A stretch of 32,799 nucleotides of DNA from a virus. Its lineage: Duplodnaviria > Caudoviricetes. The notes under the pieces were generated by a model. The model was not told the origin of the DNA. It saw only the letters and a list, made by a program, of their open reading frames with translations, and did not search any database. Positions 6,690-15,024 of this stretch are shown here, piece after piece. Each line of letters opens with the position of its first letter. Position 1 is the first letter of the stretch. The stretch spans positions 1 through 32,799 of the IMG/VR virus record IMGVR_UViG_3300012933_000244; one strand, 5' to 3'. Position numbers and translations under genes: made by a program.

Positions 6690-7256
6690 ATGAAGACCTG
6701 CAAGACATGTAAAGTAGATAAACCTTTTGAGTTCTTTGGGACTGACAAAGCAAAGTCAGGAAATAGGGTGTATAGGCCATACTGCAATAGCTGTAGAGCT
6801 GAGAAAGGGAGGAACGCTCGAAAAGAGCAGATGCAAAAAGTATGCTGTAACTGTGGAGCTTCTTGGGAGGCAATGATGGGTAAAGCACGTAGAAAACTCG
6901 ATCTATGTGATGACTGTTATCCAGCGTATCGGACAGCTTATAACATACATCATGCTGCTTATTTGAGAGCTTCCAAAAACAATCTCAGTTTTGATCTTGA
7001 TTTGAAAGACATTCATAGTGCAGTAGTAAAAGGGATCTGTCCTAAGACAGGTATTGAATTTGAAATCAATAAGAAAGGAAGCGACTTCTCAGATCGTAGT
7101 CCATTTGCGCCAAGTATCGATAAAATTAACCCTTCTAAGGGCTATACAAAAGACAACGTTCAAGTTGTTTGCTGGTGGTACAACGCTGCAAAAGGAAGGT
7201 ATACGGACGAGGAAGTTTTTGAACTATGCAAAGCCGTGATTCTTCAACATTCATAA
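6690..7256 (+). CDS. Free-standing HNH-type homing endonuclease
   Basis: Several N-terminal CxxC pairs; C-terminal CPKTG...PSIDKINPSKGYTKDNVQVVCWWYNAAK. Confidence 0.85.
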   Translation: MKTCKTCKVDKPFEFFGTDKAKSGNRVYRPYCNSCRAEKGRNARKEQMQKVCCNCGASWEAMMGKARRKLDLCDDCYPAYRTAYNIHHAAYLRASKNNLSFDLDLKDIHSAVVKGICPKTGIEFEINKKGSDFSDRSPFAPSIDKINPSKGYTKDNVQVVCWWYNAAKGRYTDEEVFELCKAVILQHS

Positions 7257-8836
7257 AACACATTCCGTGTGAAGCATGTGGATCAAGCGACGCAGGTTGT
7301 CTTTATTCAGATAATCACACGTACTGTCAAAGTTGTCAAACGTACACAAGAGGTGATGAAATCGGAGGTACTTCTCAACAAGTACAGACAAAAACAAAAA
7401 CAAAGGTATTTCAGATGAAAACAACAGGTGAGAGTAAGGCTATTGTGGATCGTGGTATCTCACGAGAGACTTGTGAGTACTTTGGTGTTACACAAGCTGA
7501 TGGTAAGCACTTTTACCCTTACTTTGACGAGACAGGCGCTAAGGTAGCTGAGAAGATCCGCTCAGTAGAGAACAAAACGTTCTCCATTGCAGGGAATTTC
7601 AATAAAGCTGTTCTCTTCGGGTCAAATTTGTTTCAGAAGGGAGGTAAGTACATTACCATCGTTGAAGGTGAACTAGACGCTTTGGCTTCATTTCAGATGA
7701 CAGGCAGCAAATACCCTACTGTAAGCATCCGTAACGGGGCTTCAGCGGCTGTTAAAGACTGCAAGGCTCAGTATGAGTACCTAGATAGCTTCGAGACTAT
7801 CGTGATCTGTTTTGATGCTGATGAGCCGGGTCAGAAGGCCGCTAAAGAAGTTGCTGAATTGTTCGGTAACAAGGTTAAGATTGTTAAACATTTAAAGGAT
7901 TGTAAAGATGCCTGTGACTATTTATCTAACGGACGAGGAAGCGAATACGTTAATCAGTGGTGGAGAGCTGAAAGTTACGTTCCAGACGGAATCATTGCAG
8001 CTTCATCACTTTGGGATAGCGTATCTACACCTGAACCCGTTGCCGAAGCCTTCTACCCATTCAAAGGACTTAATGAACTCCTCTATGGACTCCGTAGTGC
8101 TGAACTCATTACAGTTACTGCTGGCTCAGGTCTCGGAAAGAGTCAGTTTCTTAGAGAGATCCTATATCGAATACTCGAAACAACAAACTGGAACATCGGG
8201 GGGATGTTTCTGGAAGAGTCAGTGCGAAAAACAGCCCGATCGATTATGTCTTTGCACGCCAACAAAAAGCTCCACTTACCTGACACAGAAGTCACAGAAC
8301 AAGAATTGAAGGAGGCCTTCGATGCTACTTTGGGCACTAATCGTGTGTTCCTGTTTGACCATTTCGGCTCCCTTGCTATTGACAACGTGCTTAACCGTGT
8401 ACGATATATGGCCCGTGCTTGTGATTGCCGTATTGTGTTTTTGGATCACCTGTCTCTTATCGTCTCTGGTATGGATGGGAATGATGAGCGCAAGTCTATT
8501 GATGTCTTGATGACTCGACTGCGTACATTGGTACAGGAGACAGGTATTACCTTGATCTGCGTATCTCACTTGAAACGACCTAGCACTGACAAAGGACATG
8601 AAGATGGTTCAGCGGTATCCTTATCTCAGCTACGTGGCTCTGGTGCTATCGCTCAGTTGTCTGACGCTGTTATCACTCTTGAACGTAACTCCATGAGCCA
8701 AGACCCTACAGTGCGTCACACTACCAAGGTAGCAGTGGCTAAGAACCGCTACAATGGCCTGACAGGACCTGCTTGCTCGTTGATGTACGACATGAACACT
8801 GGACGTATGGTTGAAGTAACAATGGAGGAACTATGA
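7226..8836 (+). CDS. T7 gp4-like DNA primase-helicase
   Basis: Cys4 zinc finger, TOPRIM (VEGELDA, FDADEPG), Walker A AGSGLGKS, FLDHL, LRGSGAIAQLSD, KNRYNG. Confidence 0.97.
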   Translation: MQSRDSSTFIKHIPCEACGSSDAGCLYSDNHTYCQSCQTYTRGDEIGGTSQQVQTKTKTKVFQMKTTGESKAIVDRGISRETCEYFGVTQADGKHFYPYFDETGAKVAEKIRSVENKTFSIAGNFNKAVLFGSNLFQKGGKYITIVEGELDALASFQMTGSKYPTVSIRNGASAAVKDCKAQYEYLDSFETIVICFDADEPGQKAAKEVAELFGNKVKIVKHLKDCKDACDYLSNGRGSEYVNQWWRAESYVPDGIIAASSLWDSVSTPEPVAEAFYPFKGLNELLYGLRSAELITVTAGSGLGKSQFLREILYRILETTNWNIGGMFLEESVRKTARSIMSLHANKKLHLPDTEVTEQELKEAFDATLGTNRVFLFDHFGSLAIDNVLNRVRYMARACDCRIVFLDHLSLIVSGMDGNDERKSIDVLMTRLRTLVQETGITLICVSHLKRPSTDKGHEDGSAVSLSQLRGSGAIAQLSDAVITLERNSMSQDPTVRHTTKVAVAKNRYNGLTGPACSLMYDMNTGRMVEVTMEEL

Positions 8837-8985
8837 AAACGAGTCAATTAGTAGGGTTTTGTTTATTTTTTATACAGACGTTGCTTTGGCAGTTTGAAAT
8901 AGTAACAATGCCTTCTTTCATTGGTTTCTTTCTATTGGGATTGACAATGGCGATGTTTTTGGACATCAAGATGGAGGAGTTATGA
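8833..8985 (+). CDS. Small membrane protein (50 aa)
   Basis: MKTSQLVGFCFIFIQ...DIKMEEL; ATGA coupled; two hydrophobic segments. Confidence 0.65.
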   Translation: MKTSQLVGFCLFFIQTLLWQFEIVTMPSFIGFFLLGLTMAMFLDIKMEEL

Positions 8986-9128
8986 TTGAAATGATTATCG
9001 TAGGCACTATCGGCATCGGTTACGCTGTTGTAGGTACGCTACAGTGGCTCAAAGGTGACATGGGTGCTGGTATCATGTGGATTGGTTACAGTTTTGCACA
9101 GGTAGGTTTGTTCCTAAATCTCAAATGA
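8982..9128 (+). CDS. Small membrane protein (48 aa)
   Basis: MIEMIIVGTIGIGYAVVG...GLFLNLK; GGAGG RBS. Confidence 0.7.
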   Translation: MIEMIIVGTIGIGYAVVGTLQWLKGDMGAGIMWIGYSFAQVGLFLNLK

Positions 9129-9307
9129 CTTGGCAAGGACTAACTTACGAAGAGCAAGAGGAAATCGTAGCATCAGCTCATTCAATTAGAGATGCAATAA
9201 ACCGAACTGATTGGAAACTGAAAGAAAAGAATGAAAAGAATTGCACTGGACATCGAGACGAACATGGCTCACGATACGATCCATTTGTGCGTAACTCAGG
9301 ACATTGA
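9125..9307 (+). CDS. Hypothetical protein (WxGLT...KLKEKN module)
   Basis: ATGA coupled; resembles the C-terminus of ORF 4917. Confidence 0.55.
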   Translation: MTWQGLTYEEQEEIVASAHSIRDAINRTDWKLKEKNEKNCTGHRDEHGSRYDPFVRNSGH

Positions 9308-10928
9308 CACAGGAGATGTGAGAGTATGGAAAGCTCCAACAGGACTTTGGGATTACTTAAAGGACGCTACGTTGATCGCAGCTCACAACGGGATCGGCTT
9401 CGATTTCCCGATATTGAATCGCTTGTGGAAGACGAAGATTGGGTTGAAGCAAGCGTACGATACGTTGATAGTGTCAAGGCTACTAGAGCCAACGAGGGAC
9501 GGTGGTCACAGCCTAGACGCATGGGGAGCAAGACTAGGGATAAAGAAGTTAGACTACAAAGCAACGTGGCAATGGATGATGAACCGAAGGGAGAACTATG
9601 ATGGAGAATGCTTTGATAAACCTATTGAAGGACTGTTGGACTTTTATTGTAAACGTGACGTTACTGTGCTTTGTAGTCTTTTTCATAAACTTAATGCTGA
9701 TGTTGCTGATAAAGGCTTTAGTGCTGACAGCCTCATTCTTGAACATAGTGTTGCCTCTATCATAAACAAGCAAGAAAAGAACGGTTTTAAACTAGACACC
9801 ATTCACGCTACTTGTTTACTAGCTGAACTCAAAGGGAAGATGAGTGCCATCAATGACAGGATGCAAGAGACTTGGCCTCCGTACGAACAAGAAAGGTTCT
9901 CGGAGAAGACAGGTAAGCAGCTCAAGTCAGAGATAGTTACTTTTAACCCTGCAAGCAGACAACAGGTTGCAGAGAAACTTATCGGCTTAGGGTGGAAACC
10001 TACTAAGAAGACTGATAAAGGCTCAGTGATCGTGGATGAATCTACATTGCAAGGACTCAAGTGGCCTGAGGCTCAGATGATTGCTGAGTACTTCATGCTC
10101 CAAAAGAGAATTGCACAGATTGAATCATGGTTTTCTTTCTTAGGAAAAGATGGTCGAGTGCATGGACGGGTAATCACCAATGGAGCGATTACAGGACGTG
10201 CAACACACTCTAGTCCTAATATGGGGCAGATTCCGAACTCGGCTAGTCCTTATGGTAAGGAATGTCGCCAATGCTGGACTGTCGAAGAAGGAATGGTGCA
10301 AGTAGGTGTTGACTTGTCAGGCATTGAGCTTCGCTGTTTTGCTCACTACTTGAACGATGATGACTATACAAAGGAAGTAGTTTATGGTGATGTCCATACA
10401 AGGAACCAACAGGCTTTTGGTGTCGATTCACGAAATGATGCAAAGACAGTACTATATGCCACGTTGTACGGCGCATCGCCTGCCAAGATCGGGACAATTA
10501 TTGGTGGTAACGCGAAAAGAGGGCAGACCATTATTAGTAATTTTGAGCGAAGCGTACCTGCGTATGCCAAACTCAAAAGCAAAGTTGCTGCGTATGCTGC
10601 GAAAGGATGGCTACCGGGTCTTGACGGAAGAAAGTTATGGGTGCGCTCAGAACACAGTGCGCTCAACACTCTTCTACAATCGGCTGGTGCTATTATCGCT
10701 AAACAATGGATTGTATGTGCTAATCGAAAACTCACTGAGTCAAAGATTCCATTCAAGTTTATCGCATGGGTACACGACGAAATCCAGATCGAAACTGAGC
10801 CACAGTACGCTGAACAAGTTGGCTTGCTCGTGGTAGAATCTGCTAAAGAAGCAGGAGAGATCTTAAAGTTTCGTTGTCCTGTCGGTGCAGAATGGAAGCA
10901 AGGAAAGAATTGGTATGACTGTCACTAA
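9231..10928 (+). CDS. polA: Family A DNA polymerase with 3'-5' exonuclease (T7 gp5-like)
   Basis: Exo motifs LDIET, HNGIGFD, YCKRD; polymerase motifs DLSGIELR, RNDAKTVLYATLYG, WVHDE. Confidence 0.97.
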   Translation: MKRIALDIETNMAHDTIHLCVTQDIDTGDVRVWKAPTGLWDYLKDATLIAAHNGIGFDFPILNRLWKTKIGLKQAYDTLIVSRLLEPTRDGGHSLDAWGARLGIKKLDYKATWQWMMNRRENYDGECFDKPIEGLLDFYCKRDVTVLCSLFHKLNADVADKGFSADSLILEHSVASIINKQEKNGFKLDTIHATCLLAELKGKMSAINDRMQETWPPYEQERFSEKTGKQLKSEIVTFNPASRQQVAEKLIGLGWKPTKKTDKGSVIVDESTLQGLKWPEAQMIAEYFMLQKRIAQIESWFSFLGKDGRVHGRVITNGAITGRATHSSPNMGQIPNSASPYGKECRQCWTVEEGMVQVGVDLSGIELRCFAHYLNDDDYTKEVVYGDVHTRNQQAFGVDSRNDAKTVLYATLYGASPAKIGTIIGGNAKRGQTIISNFERSVPAYAKLKSKVAAYAAKGWLPGLDGRKLWVRSEHSALNTLLQSAGAIIAKQWIVCANRKLTESKIPFKFIAWVHDEIQIETEPQYAEQVGLLVVESAKEAGEILKFRCPVGAEWKQGKNWYDCH

Positions 10929-11304
10929 GTATCCAAATGGGTATTTCAAAGATAAGGCTTGTAAGACGTGTGGAAACACTTTTACTCCTACAAATCCTTG
11001 CAATACCTATTGTTCTCCTCAATGTAAAGGAAAGAACTCCTACTACAAGAGGCAATATGGGATCACCGATGCTGATCTTTCTCTGATGAAAGAACAACAA
11101 GACAACAAGTGTTACATTTGTGAATCAGAAGGTTTCTTAATTGGGAAGAACAACCATAGTGAGAAACTAGCAGTGGATCATTGTCACGATACTGGAAAAG
11201 TCCGTAAGCTTTTGTGTCATAATTGCAACAGAGCTTTAGGATTATTCAAAGATAAACCTGAATTGCTTAGAAAAGCAGCAGACTACCTAGAGGAACACAA
11301 GTAG
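10915..11304 (+). CDS. Endonuclease VII-like homing endonuclease
   Basis: YGIT...QDNKCYIC...LAVDHCHDTGKVRKLLCHNCNRALGLF...YL. Confidence 0.92.
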   Translation: MTVTKYPNGYFKDKACKTCGNTFTPTNPCNTYCSPQCKGKNSYYKRQYGITDADLSLMKEQQDNKCYICESEGFLIGKNNHSEKLAVDHCHDTGKVRKLLCHNCNRALGLFKDKPELLRKAADYLEEHK

Positions 11305-11305
11305 A

Positions 11306-11491
11306 ATGAAACCTATTGAACCCAAAGCAACCCAACAAATTCTGTTGAACATTAGTGATGAAAGTTTCTTGATTCACCATTCAGCAGATATGGATATCCT
11401 TGATGTATACTTGGTGCTCTCAGCAGCCCTTGATTACATTGAGGATGAAGCAGAGGCTGTCTCTCGTAAAGAAGGTAGCTATCTACAGTGA
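11306..11491 (+). CDS. Hypothetical protein
   Basis: 61 aa acidic ORF in operon. Confidence 0.7.
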   Translation: MKPIEPKATQQILLNISDESFLIHHSADMDILDVYLVLSAALDYIEDEAEAVSRKEGSYLQ

Positions 11492-11519
11492 CTTTGTCAC
11501 TTTTGCAGTGATAGAATAA

Positions 11520-11608
11520 GGGCGTTGCTGGTTGCAGGAGGGATACCTCTGTTGGTTCGATTCCAAACAAGGAAGGAAGGGTAGGTTCGAGTCCTACTAC
11601 GCCCACCA
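11520..11608 (+). ncRNA. tRNA-like RNA or degenerate tRNA with two T-loop hairpins and encoded CCA
   Basis: Acceptor stem GGGCGT/ACGCCC plus ACCA; T-arm GTAGG-TTCGAGT-CCTAC; second GG-TTCGATT-CC hairpin; no canonical D arm. Confidence 0.6.
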
Positions 11609-11611
11609 AAT

Positions 11612-11709
11612 TACTCTTCTTGAGTAGGACAGATCGGAAAGACGGTCAACTTTACGTCCGCAAGGACTTTATTAACGGAGCTACGGCTCAATCCTAAAAG
11701 GAAAAGAAA
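11612..11709 (+). promoter_or_regulatory. Structured 5' leader of ssb
   Basis: Hairpins GATCG-GAAAGA-CGGTC, GTCC-GCAA-GGAC and GAGC-TACG-GCTC, closed by TAGGA/TCCTA. Confidence 0.55.
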
Positions 11710-12132
11710 ATGGCACAAGCAGATCTTAAACCGGTAAAAATCTCTGGTTCTTTGTACTGGACTAAGTGGATGGCTGAGTTCAACAAAGCATTCAACACAG
11801 ACAACGACAAGTACGAATGTACCATCGGTAACATCAGCGATGACGATGCAGCTAAGCTCACAAGCTTGGGTATCAAAGTGAAGCACAAGGATGCAATGGG
11901 TAACTTCATTGTCGCTAAGAGCAAGTACTTGTTCAAGCCTACCGATGACACACTCAAAGAAGTGCCTATCGAAGCTCTCGGTAACGGTTCTAAGTGCGTA
12001 GCTATTGTTGGTTCGTACACACACCGTATGTCAGCTAAGCACGGTAATGCTCCTTCGATTAAGACTGTCATGGTCACTGAAGTGAAGACTTACGTGCCTG
12101 AAGCAACTACTGCGGACGATGACGCACTCTGA
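11710..12132 (+). CDS. ssb: Single-stranded DNA-binding protein (gp2.5-like)
   Basis: Located between polymerase and exonuclease; LGNGS motif; acidic tail ADDDAL. Confidence 0.8.
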   Translation: MAQADLKPVKISGSLYWTKWMAEFNKAFNTDNDKYECTIGNISDDDAAKLTSLGIKVKHKDAMGNFIVAKSKYLFKPTDDTLKEVPIEALGNGSKCVAIVGSYTHRMSAKHGNAPSIKTVMVTEVKTYVPEATTADDDAL

Positions 12133-12832
12133 TCGTCCTAAGTTAGCTATCCTCGACGCTGACATCATTTGCTACCGAGTAGGTTTCGCTAGTGATGACG
12201 TTGAGGAAGCTATCTGTTTGGCTCGTGTGACTCAGTTAGTCCATGAGATTGTCTTCGATGACCTGAAGTGTGATGACTACAAAGCTTACATTACAGGCAA
12301 GACAAACTTCAGGAATGACATAGCAGTCACCGAGCCTTACAAAGGTAATCGTAAAGACGCTAAGAGGCCAATTCATTATCAAGCTATCCGACACCATCTC
12401 CAGCGCCTAGGTGCAGAACTGGTAGAAGGTCAAGAGGCAGATGATGCAGTGGCTATCGAGGCAACTAAAACAGGTGGCTGGATTGTCTCCATTGACAAAG
12501 ACCTAGATCAAGTTGCAGGTTGGCATTACAACTTCGTGAAGCATGAGGAATACTACGTTACTGAGGAAGAAGGTCTTCGTAACTTATTCACACAGGTGCT
12601 CACAGGGGATCGTACTGACAACATCATTGGCTTGAAAGGCATTGGACCTAAGAAGGCTGAGAAGCTTTTACAGGATTGTAAAACTGAAAGGGAATACTAT
12701 GACGCTTGTCTCAAAGCTTACGATGGTAATCAACTTCGTGTCGATGAAAACTTAAACCTTTTATGGCTACGAAGAGAACCCAACCAAAAGTGCCCTCTAG
12801 TTTCTACCTTGTTGGATGTCAGTGGACAGTAA
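12119..12832 (+). CDS. 5'-3' exonuclease (T7 gp6-like)
   Basis: LDADI, YKGNR, EADDA, SIDKDL, GDRTDNIIGLKGIGPKKA. Confidence 0.95.
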   Translation: MTHSDRPKLAILDADIICYRVGFASDDVEEAICLARVTQLVHEIVFDDLKCDDYKAYITGKTNFRNDIAVTEPYKGNRKDAKRPIHYQAIRHHLQRLGAELVEGQEADDAVAIEATKTGGWIVSIDKDLDQVAGWHYNFVKHEEYYVTEEEGLRNLFTQVLTGDRTDNIIGLKGIGPKKAEKLLQDCKTEREYYDACLKAYDGNQLRVDENLNLLWLRREPNQKCPLVSTLLDVSGQ

Positions 12833-13047
12833 AGTACATTGAGGACTTGAGTGAGTACGGTACTTGTGACTGTTCCACTCAGACCATCCGATTGAGGGCA
12901 GGTATGAACAAGACATTCACTGAACAAACCTTCTGCCATGAACTCGTTCACGCTATTATGTTCTCCATGGGACATACTAACCACGATGAGATCTTCGTAG
13001 ATGCTTTTGGACAGTTGTTACATCAGTATGAAAGGACGAAACTATAA
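12763..13047 (+). CDS. Small HExxH metallopeptidase-like protein
   Basis: TFCHELVHAI...HDE. Confidence 0.65.
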   Translation: MATKRTQPKVPSSFYLVGCQWTVKYIEDLSEYGTCDCSTQTIRLRAGMNKTFTEQTFCHELVHAIMFSMGHTNHDEIFVDAFGQLLHQYERTKL

Positions 13048-13361
13048 TGGATATTGAACAACTAAAACTCGTGTTAGAGACTGTCAAAAGGATTACCGAT
13101 GATGCTACTTCAGTGGCTATTTGGTATATGGTGCTGCATTATGGTGGTGCTATTCTTTCAAACATTATGGTTATTGGTGGTTTACTAACAGCCGTGTATC
13201 TTGTTGTTAAAGGTTTTGTTACCTGTAATGAAGATGAGGCTTTTATAACACAGCTTTATAGTGAAGTTTGTGGTAAAGCTACGGGATGGCTGTCTCGTTA
13301 CGAACGTGAAGAAATTCTTAAAACAATTCGTGAGCTGAAATCAAAACATGGTAACACGTAA
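13047..13361 (+). CDS. Hypothetical membrane protein
   Basis: 104 aa with a central hydrophobic stretch. Confidence 0.7.
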   Translation: MDIEQLKLVLETVKRITDDATSVAIWYMVLHYGGAILSNIMVIGGLLTAVYLVVKGFVTCNEDEAFITQLYSEVCGKATGWLSRYEREEILKTIRELKSKHGNT

Positions 13362-13803
13362 GACAACAAGCTCTAAACGAGCTAGTGCTTTGAAGCATGG
13401 GTGGCGTAGCGGCCTCGAAGAAGATGTCGCTAAAGCCCTTACTTCAGCTGGTGTCCCTTTTACCTACGAAGAGATGAAGATCAAGTACATCAAGCCAGCG
13501 AGTGAACATCAATATACTCCTGACTTTGTGCTAGATAACGGAATCATCGTAGAGACTAAGGGACGTTTCCTCATAGCAGATCGTAAGAAACACATGCTGA
13601 TTAAAAGGCAACAACCACACTTGGACATTCGTTTTGTCTTCTCTAACAGCTCACAGAAGCTGAACAAGGGATCACGTACAACGTATGCTCAGTGGTGTGT
13701 TAAGAACGGCTTTGAGTACGCTGATAAGACAATCCCTGAACATTGGATCAACGAACGACGAAGGAGTGTAAAAGATGGACGTAGAATTACTGAAGGAAAA
13801 TGA
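13348..13803 (+). CDS. Endonuclease I / Holliday junction resolvase (T7 gp3-like)
   Basis: RSGLE, YTPDF, VETKGRF, DRKKH, LDIRFVF. Confidence 0.96.
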   Translation: MVTRKTTSSKRASALKHGWRSGLEEDVAKALTSAGVPFTYEEMKIKYIKPASEHQYTPDFVLDNGIIVETKGRFLIADRKKHMLIKRQQPHLDIRFVFSNSSQKLNKGSRTTYAQWCVKNGFEYADKTIPEHWINERRRSVKDGRRITEGK

Positions 13804-14050
13804 TGACGGTAGTGCAGACTACCATGTGAAGATGAGCAATGAAGAACAAGCACAGCTGTTTAGATTTGCGTTCATTGAAATGTTGAAACGAGGAATGGAA
13901 GAAGGAAAGAAATATGAGCCAATCGAAAGTGAGTTTAGTGTGGGTAACACCGGATGCGGAGAACCTAGTTGCGCGTATGGCCCGTGTGTCAAATCCGGCA
14001 AATCAGAACAACCCTGCATCTGCTCCGAAACTGCTAAAGTACCTTATTGA
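13775..14050 (+). CDS. Hypothetical protein
   Basis: AAGGAG RBS; ENDDGSA motif; 3' part overlaps thyX. Confidence 0.65.
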   Translation: MDVELLKENDDGSADYHVKMSNEEQAQLFRFAFIEMLKRGMEEGKKYEPIESEFSVGNTGCGEPSCAYGPCVKSGKSEQPCICSETAKVPY

Positions 14051-14564
14051 GAACAAACATTGGTCTCCTTTTGAGATGGTTAACGTCTGTATGGAGATTG
14101 AAACTACTCGTGATATAGCTCGTCAGATCTTACGTCACCGTAGCTTTTCCTTCCAAGAGTTCTCACAGCGTTACGCAGTCTCTGAAGGGTTCGTACAGAA
14201 CTCACAAGCTCGACTCCAAGATACTAAGAACCGTCAGAACAGCTTGTACACTGATGACATCAGTATTCAGAATTGGTTTGAAGGTGCTCAGCGTCGATTG
14301 GTTGATGAAGCTAAGTTCTTGTACACAGCTGCTCTCGATAAAGGCATCGCTAAAGAGTGTGCTCGTGTGTTCCTTCCTGAAGGCTTAACTGTCTCCAAGA
14401 TGTACATGAACGGCACTCTGCGTTCTTGGCTGCACTATGTAGACATTCGTACTGATGTTTCTACGCAACTAGAACACAGGCAAGTTGCAGTACAATGTGC
14501 TAAGATTCTTGAAGAACATTTCCCTAACGTCATGGAGGCTTTTAATGGAGCTAAAGTACTTTAA
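13914..14564 (+). CDS. thyX: FAD-dependent thymidylate synthase
   Basis: HWSPFE and the RQILRHRSFSFQEFSQRY ThyX signature. Confidence 0.97.
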   Translation: MSQSKVSLVWVTPDAENLVARMARVSNPANQNNPASAPKLLKYLIENKHWSPFEMVNVCMEIETTRDIARQILRHRSFSFQEFSQRYAVSEGFVQNSQARLQDTKNRQNSLYTDDISIQNWFEGAQRRLVDEAKFLYTAALDKGIAKECARVFLPEGLTVSKMYMNGTLRSWLHYVDIRTDVSTQLEHRQVAVQCAKILEEHFPNVMEAFNGAKVL

Positions 14565-15024
14565 AGTTAGTTATGATTCGGATACAGGATTGTTTACAAA
14601 AACGGTTACGAATCGGAAGCGAGAGACAACAATTAAGGAAGCTGGTTGGAAGGATAGCAGAGGGTATAGACGCTTGAAAATACAAGGTCAAACTGTTTTT
14701 GCTCATCGTTTAGCTTGGGCGTTGGTTCACAAAAGATGGCCTGATGGCGACATTGACCACATTAACGGTATTAAAGACGACAACAGGATAGAGAATCTTC
14801 GAGATGTCTCTAAGTCTATAAATCTTCAGAATAGACGAACAACAACAAAAGACTCTAGTTCAGGGTATCTTGGGGTTAGTTGGGACAAGTATTGTGGAAA
14901 GTGGAAAGCTCAGATTTCTGTTAATGGAACCAAAAAACATATAGGCGTCTATGCAACAGAAGAAGAAGCTTATGATGCGTATTTACAACAGAAACGTGAA
15001 TTACATGAAGGTAACACATTATGA
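14545..15024 (+). CDS. HNH-AP2 homing endonuclease
   Basis: AHRLAW...IDHINGIKDDNRIENLR, then AP2 domain SGYLGVSW...KWKAQI...HIGVY; GGAGG RBS. Confidence 0.93.
   Translation: MELKYFKVSYDSDTGLFTKTVTNRKRETTIKEAGWKDSRGYRRLKIQGQTVFAHRLAWALVHKRWPDGDIDHINGIKDDNRIENLRDVSKSINLQNRRTTTKDSSSGYLGVSWDKYCGKWKAQISVNGTKKHIGVYATEEEAYDAYLQQKRELHEGNTL

Noticed and set aside
6643-7327. Group I intron in the primase gene
   Set aside because: Only about 47 non-coding nt precede the HNH ORF, leaving no room for a ribozyme core, and a complete replacement N-terminus makes splicing unnecessary.
7908-10836. Alternative-frame and antisense ORFs inside primase and polymerase (likewise in nrdJ and the tail genes)
   Set aside because: Shadow ORFs nested in conserved genes, with no recognisable motifs.
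11488-11500. matS-like palindrome GTGACTTTGTCAC (weaker copy at ~1547-1559)
   Set aside because: It mismatches the GTGACRNYGTCAC consensus, there is only one good copy, and MatP is limited to certain gammaproteobacteria. Kept only as a generic palindrome.
11581-11608. attP derived from a tRNA 3' end
   Set aside because: No integrase is in the window, and the matching 5' acceptor strand is present, which favours a folded RNA.
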